Source of the DNA: Nitrosospira sp.
GTDB lineage: Bacteria > Pseudomonadota > Gammaproteobacteria > Burkholderiales > Nitrosomonadaceae
NCBI GenBank assembly: GCA_013697655.1
Contig: JACCWK010000042.1
Location: forward strand, 8,051 to 72,050
Reading direction: 5' to 3'
Length of the DNA: 64,000 nt
In this document: positions 63,730 to 64,000 of the stretch, piece after piece
How the letters are laid out: each line of letters starts with the position of its first letter
Numbering within the stretch: position 1 is the first letter of the stretch
Program-made: the position numbers and the translations under genes
Notes under the pieces: model-generated
Databases searched by the model: none
What the model was told of the DNA's origin: nothing
The model's input: the letters and a program-made list of their open reading frames with translations, nothing else

Positions 63730-64000
63730 ATGGGCTTGGCAACAAGAATTATTCCATGCCTCGACGTCACAAACGGACGCGTGGTGAAGGGCATTAATTT
63801 TGTGGAGCTTCGAGATGCGGGAGATCCCGTCGAGATATCGCGCCGTTACGATGAGCAAGGTGCGGATGAGCTAACTTTCCTCGATATCACCGCCAGTTCT
63901 GACAATCGCGACCTGATTCTACGAATTATTGAAGAAGTTGCAGCCCAGGTTTTTATTCCGCTCACAGTCGGCGGGGGAGTTCGTCAGGTGGAAGATGTTC
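63730..64000 (+). CDS. hisF: Imidazole glycerol phosphate synthase cyclase subunit, truncated by the window end
   Basis: Hand translation from the ATG at 63730 gives [35 protein letters not shown]...[13 protein letters not shown]...PLTVGGGVR. Confidence 0.96.
   Translation, partial: MGLATRIIPCLDVTNGRVVKGINFVELRDAGDPVEISRRYDEQGADELTFLDITASSDNRDLILRIIEEVAAQVFIPLTVGGGVRQVEDV

Overview
A 64 kb bacterial chromosomal window. A betaproteobacterium, probably Nitrosomonadaceae/Nitrosospira-like, is inferred from gene order and the PEP-CTERM tail style; this was not checked against a database. Most of it is housekeeping DNA: ettA, murA, ridA-recG, pcnB-folK-dNK-panBC, a large methylcitrate/TCA cluster (acnA, prpD, prpC, prpB, mdh, sdhCDA, sdhB, sdhE, gltA, sucAB, lpdA) and the his operon (hisG, D, C, B, H, A and partial F). 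The window opens in the 3' part of a Type I restriction R subunit, followed by a REP/MITE-like inverted repeat. Several conserved operons are split by inserted genes with no integrase or transposase nearby. The most notable insert is a 7.5 kb cassette between hisD and hisC. It encodes a PLD-nuclease/SNF2 helicase and an Eco57I-like N6-adenine methyltransferase whose frame runs without a stop into a Fic domain. A ~63 aa FicA/VbhA-like antitoxin carrying the inhibitory SxxxEN motif is nested in another frame of the linker, and the Fic domain has CTG where its own ATG would be expected. Other oddities: zwf-glgP between sdhA and sdhB, a lipase plus 6-TM protein pair antisense inside the prp-acnA run, a doubly ATGA-coupled 58 aa sORF between sdhB and sdhE, and a sigma-54 promoter with two TGTC-N10-GACA boxes upstream of a PEP-CTERM gene. 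No rRNA, tRNA, CRISPR array or intact transposase was recognised.
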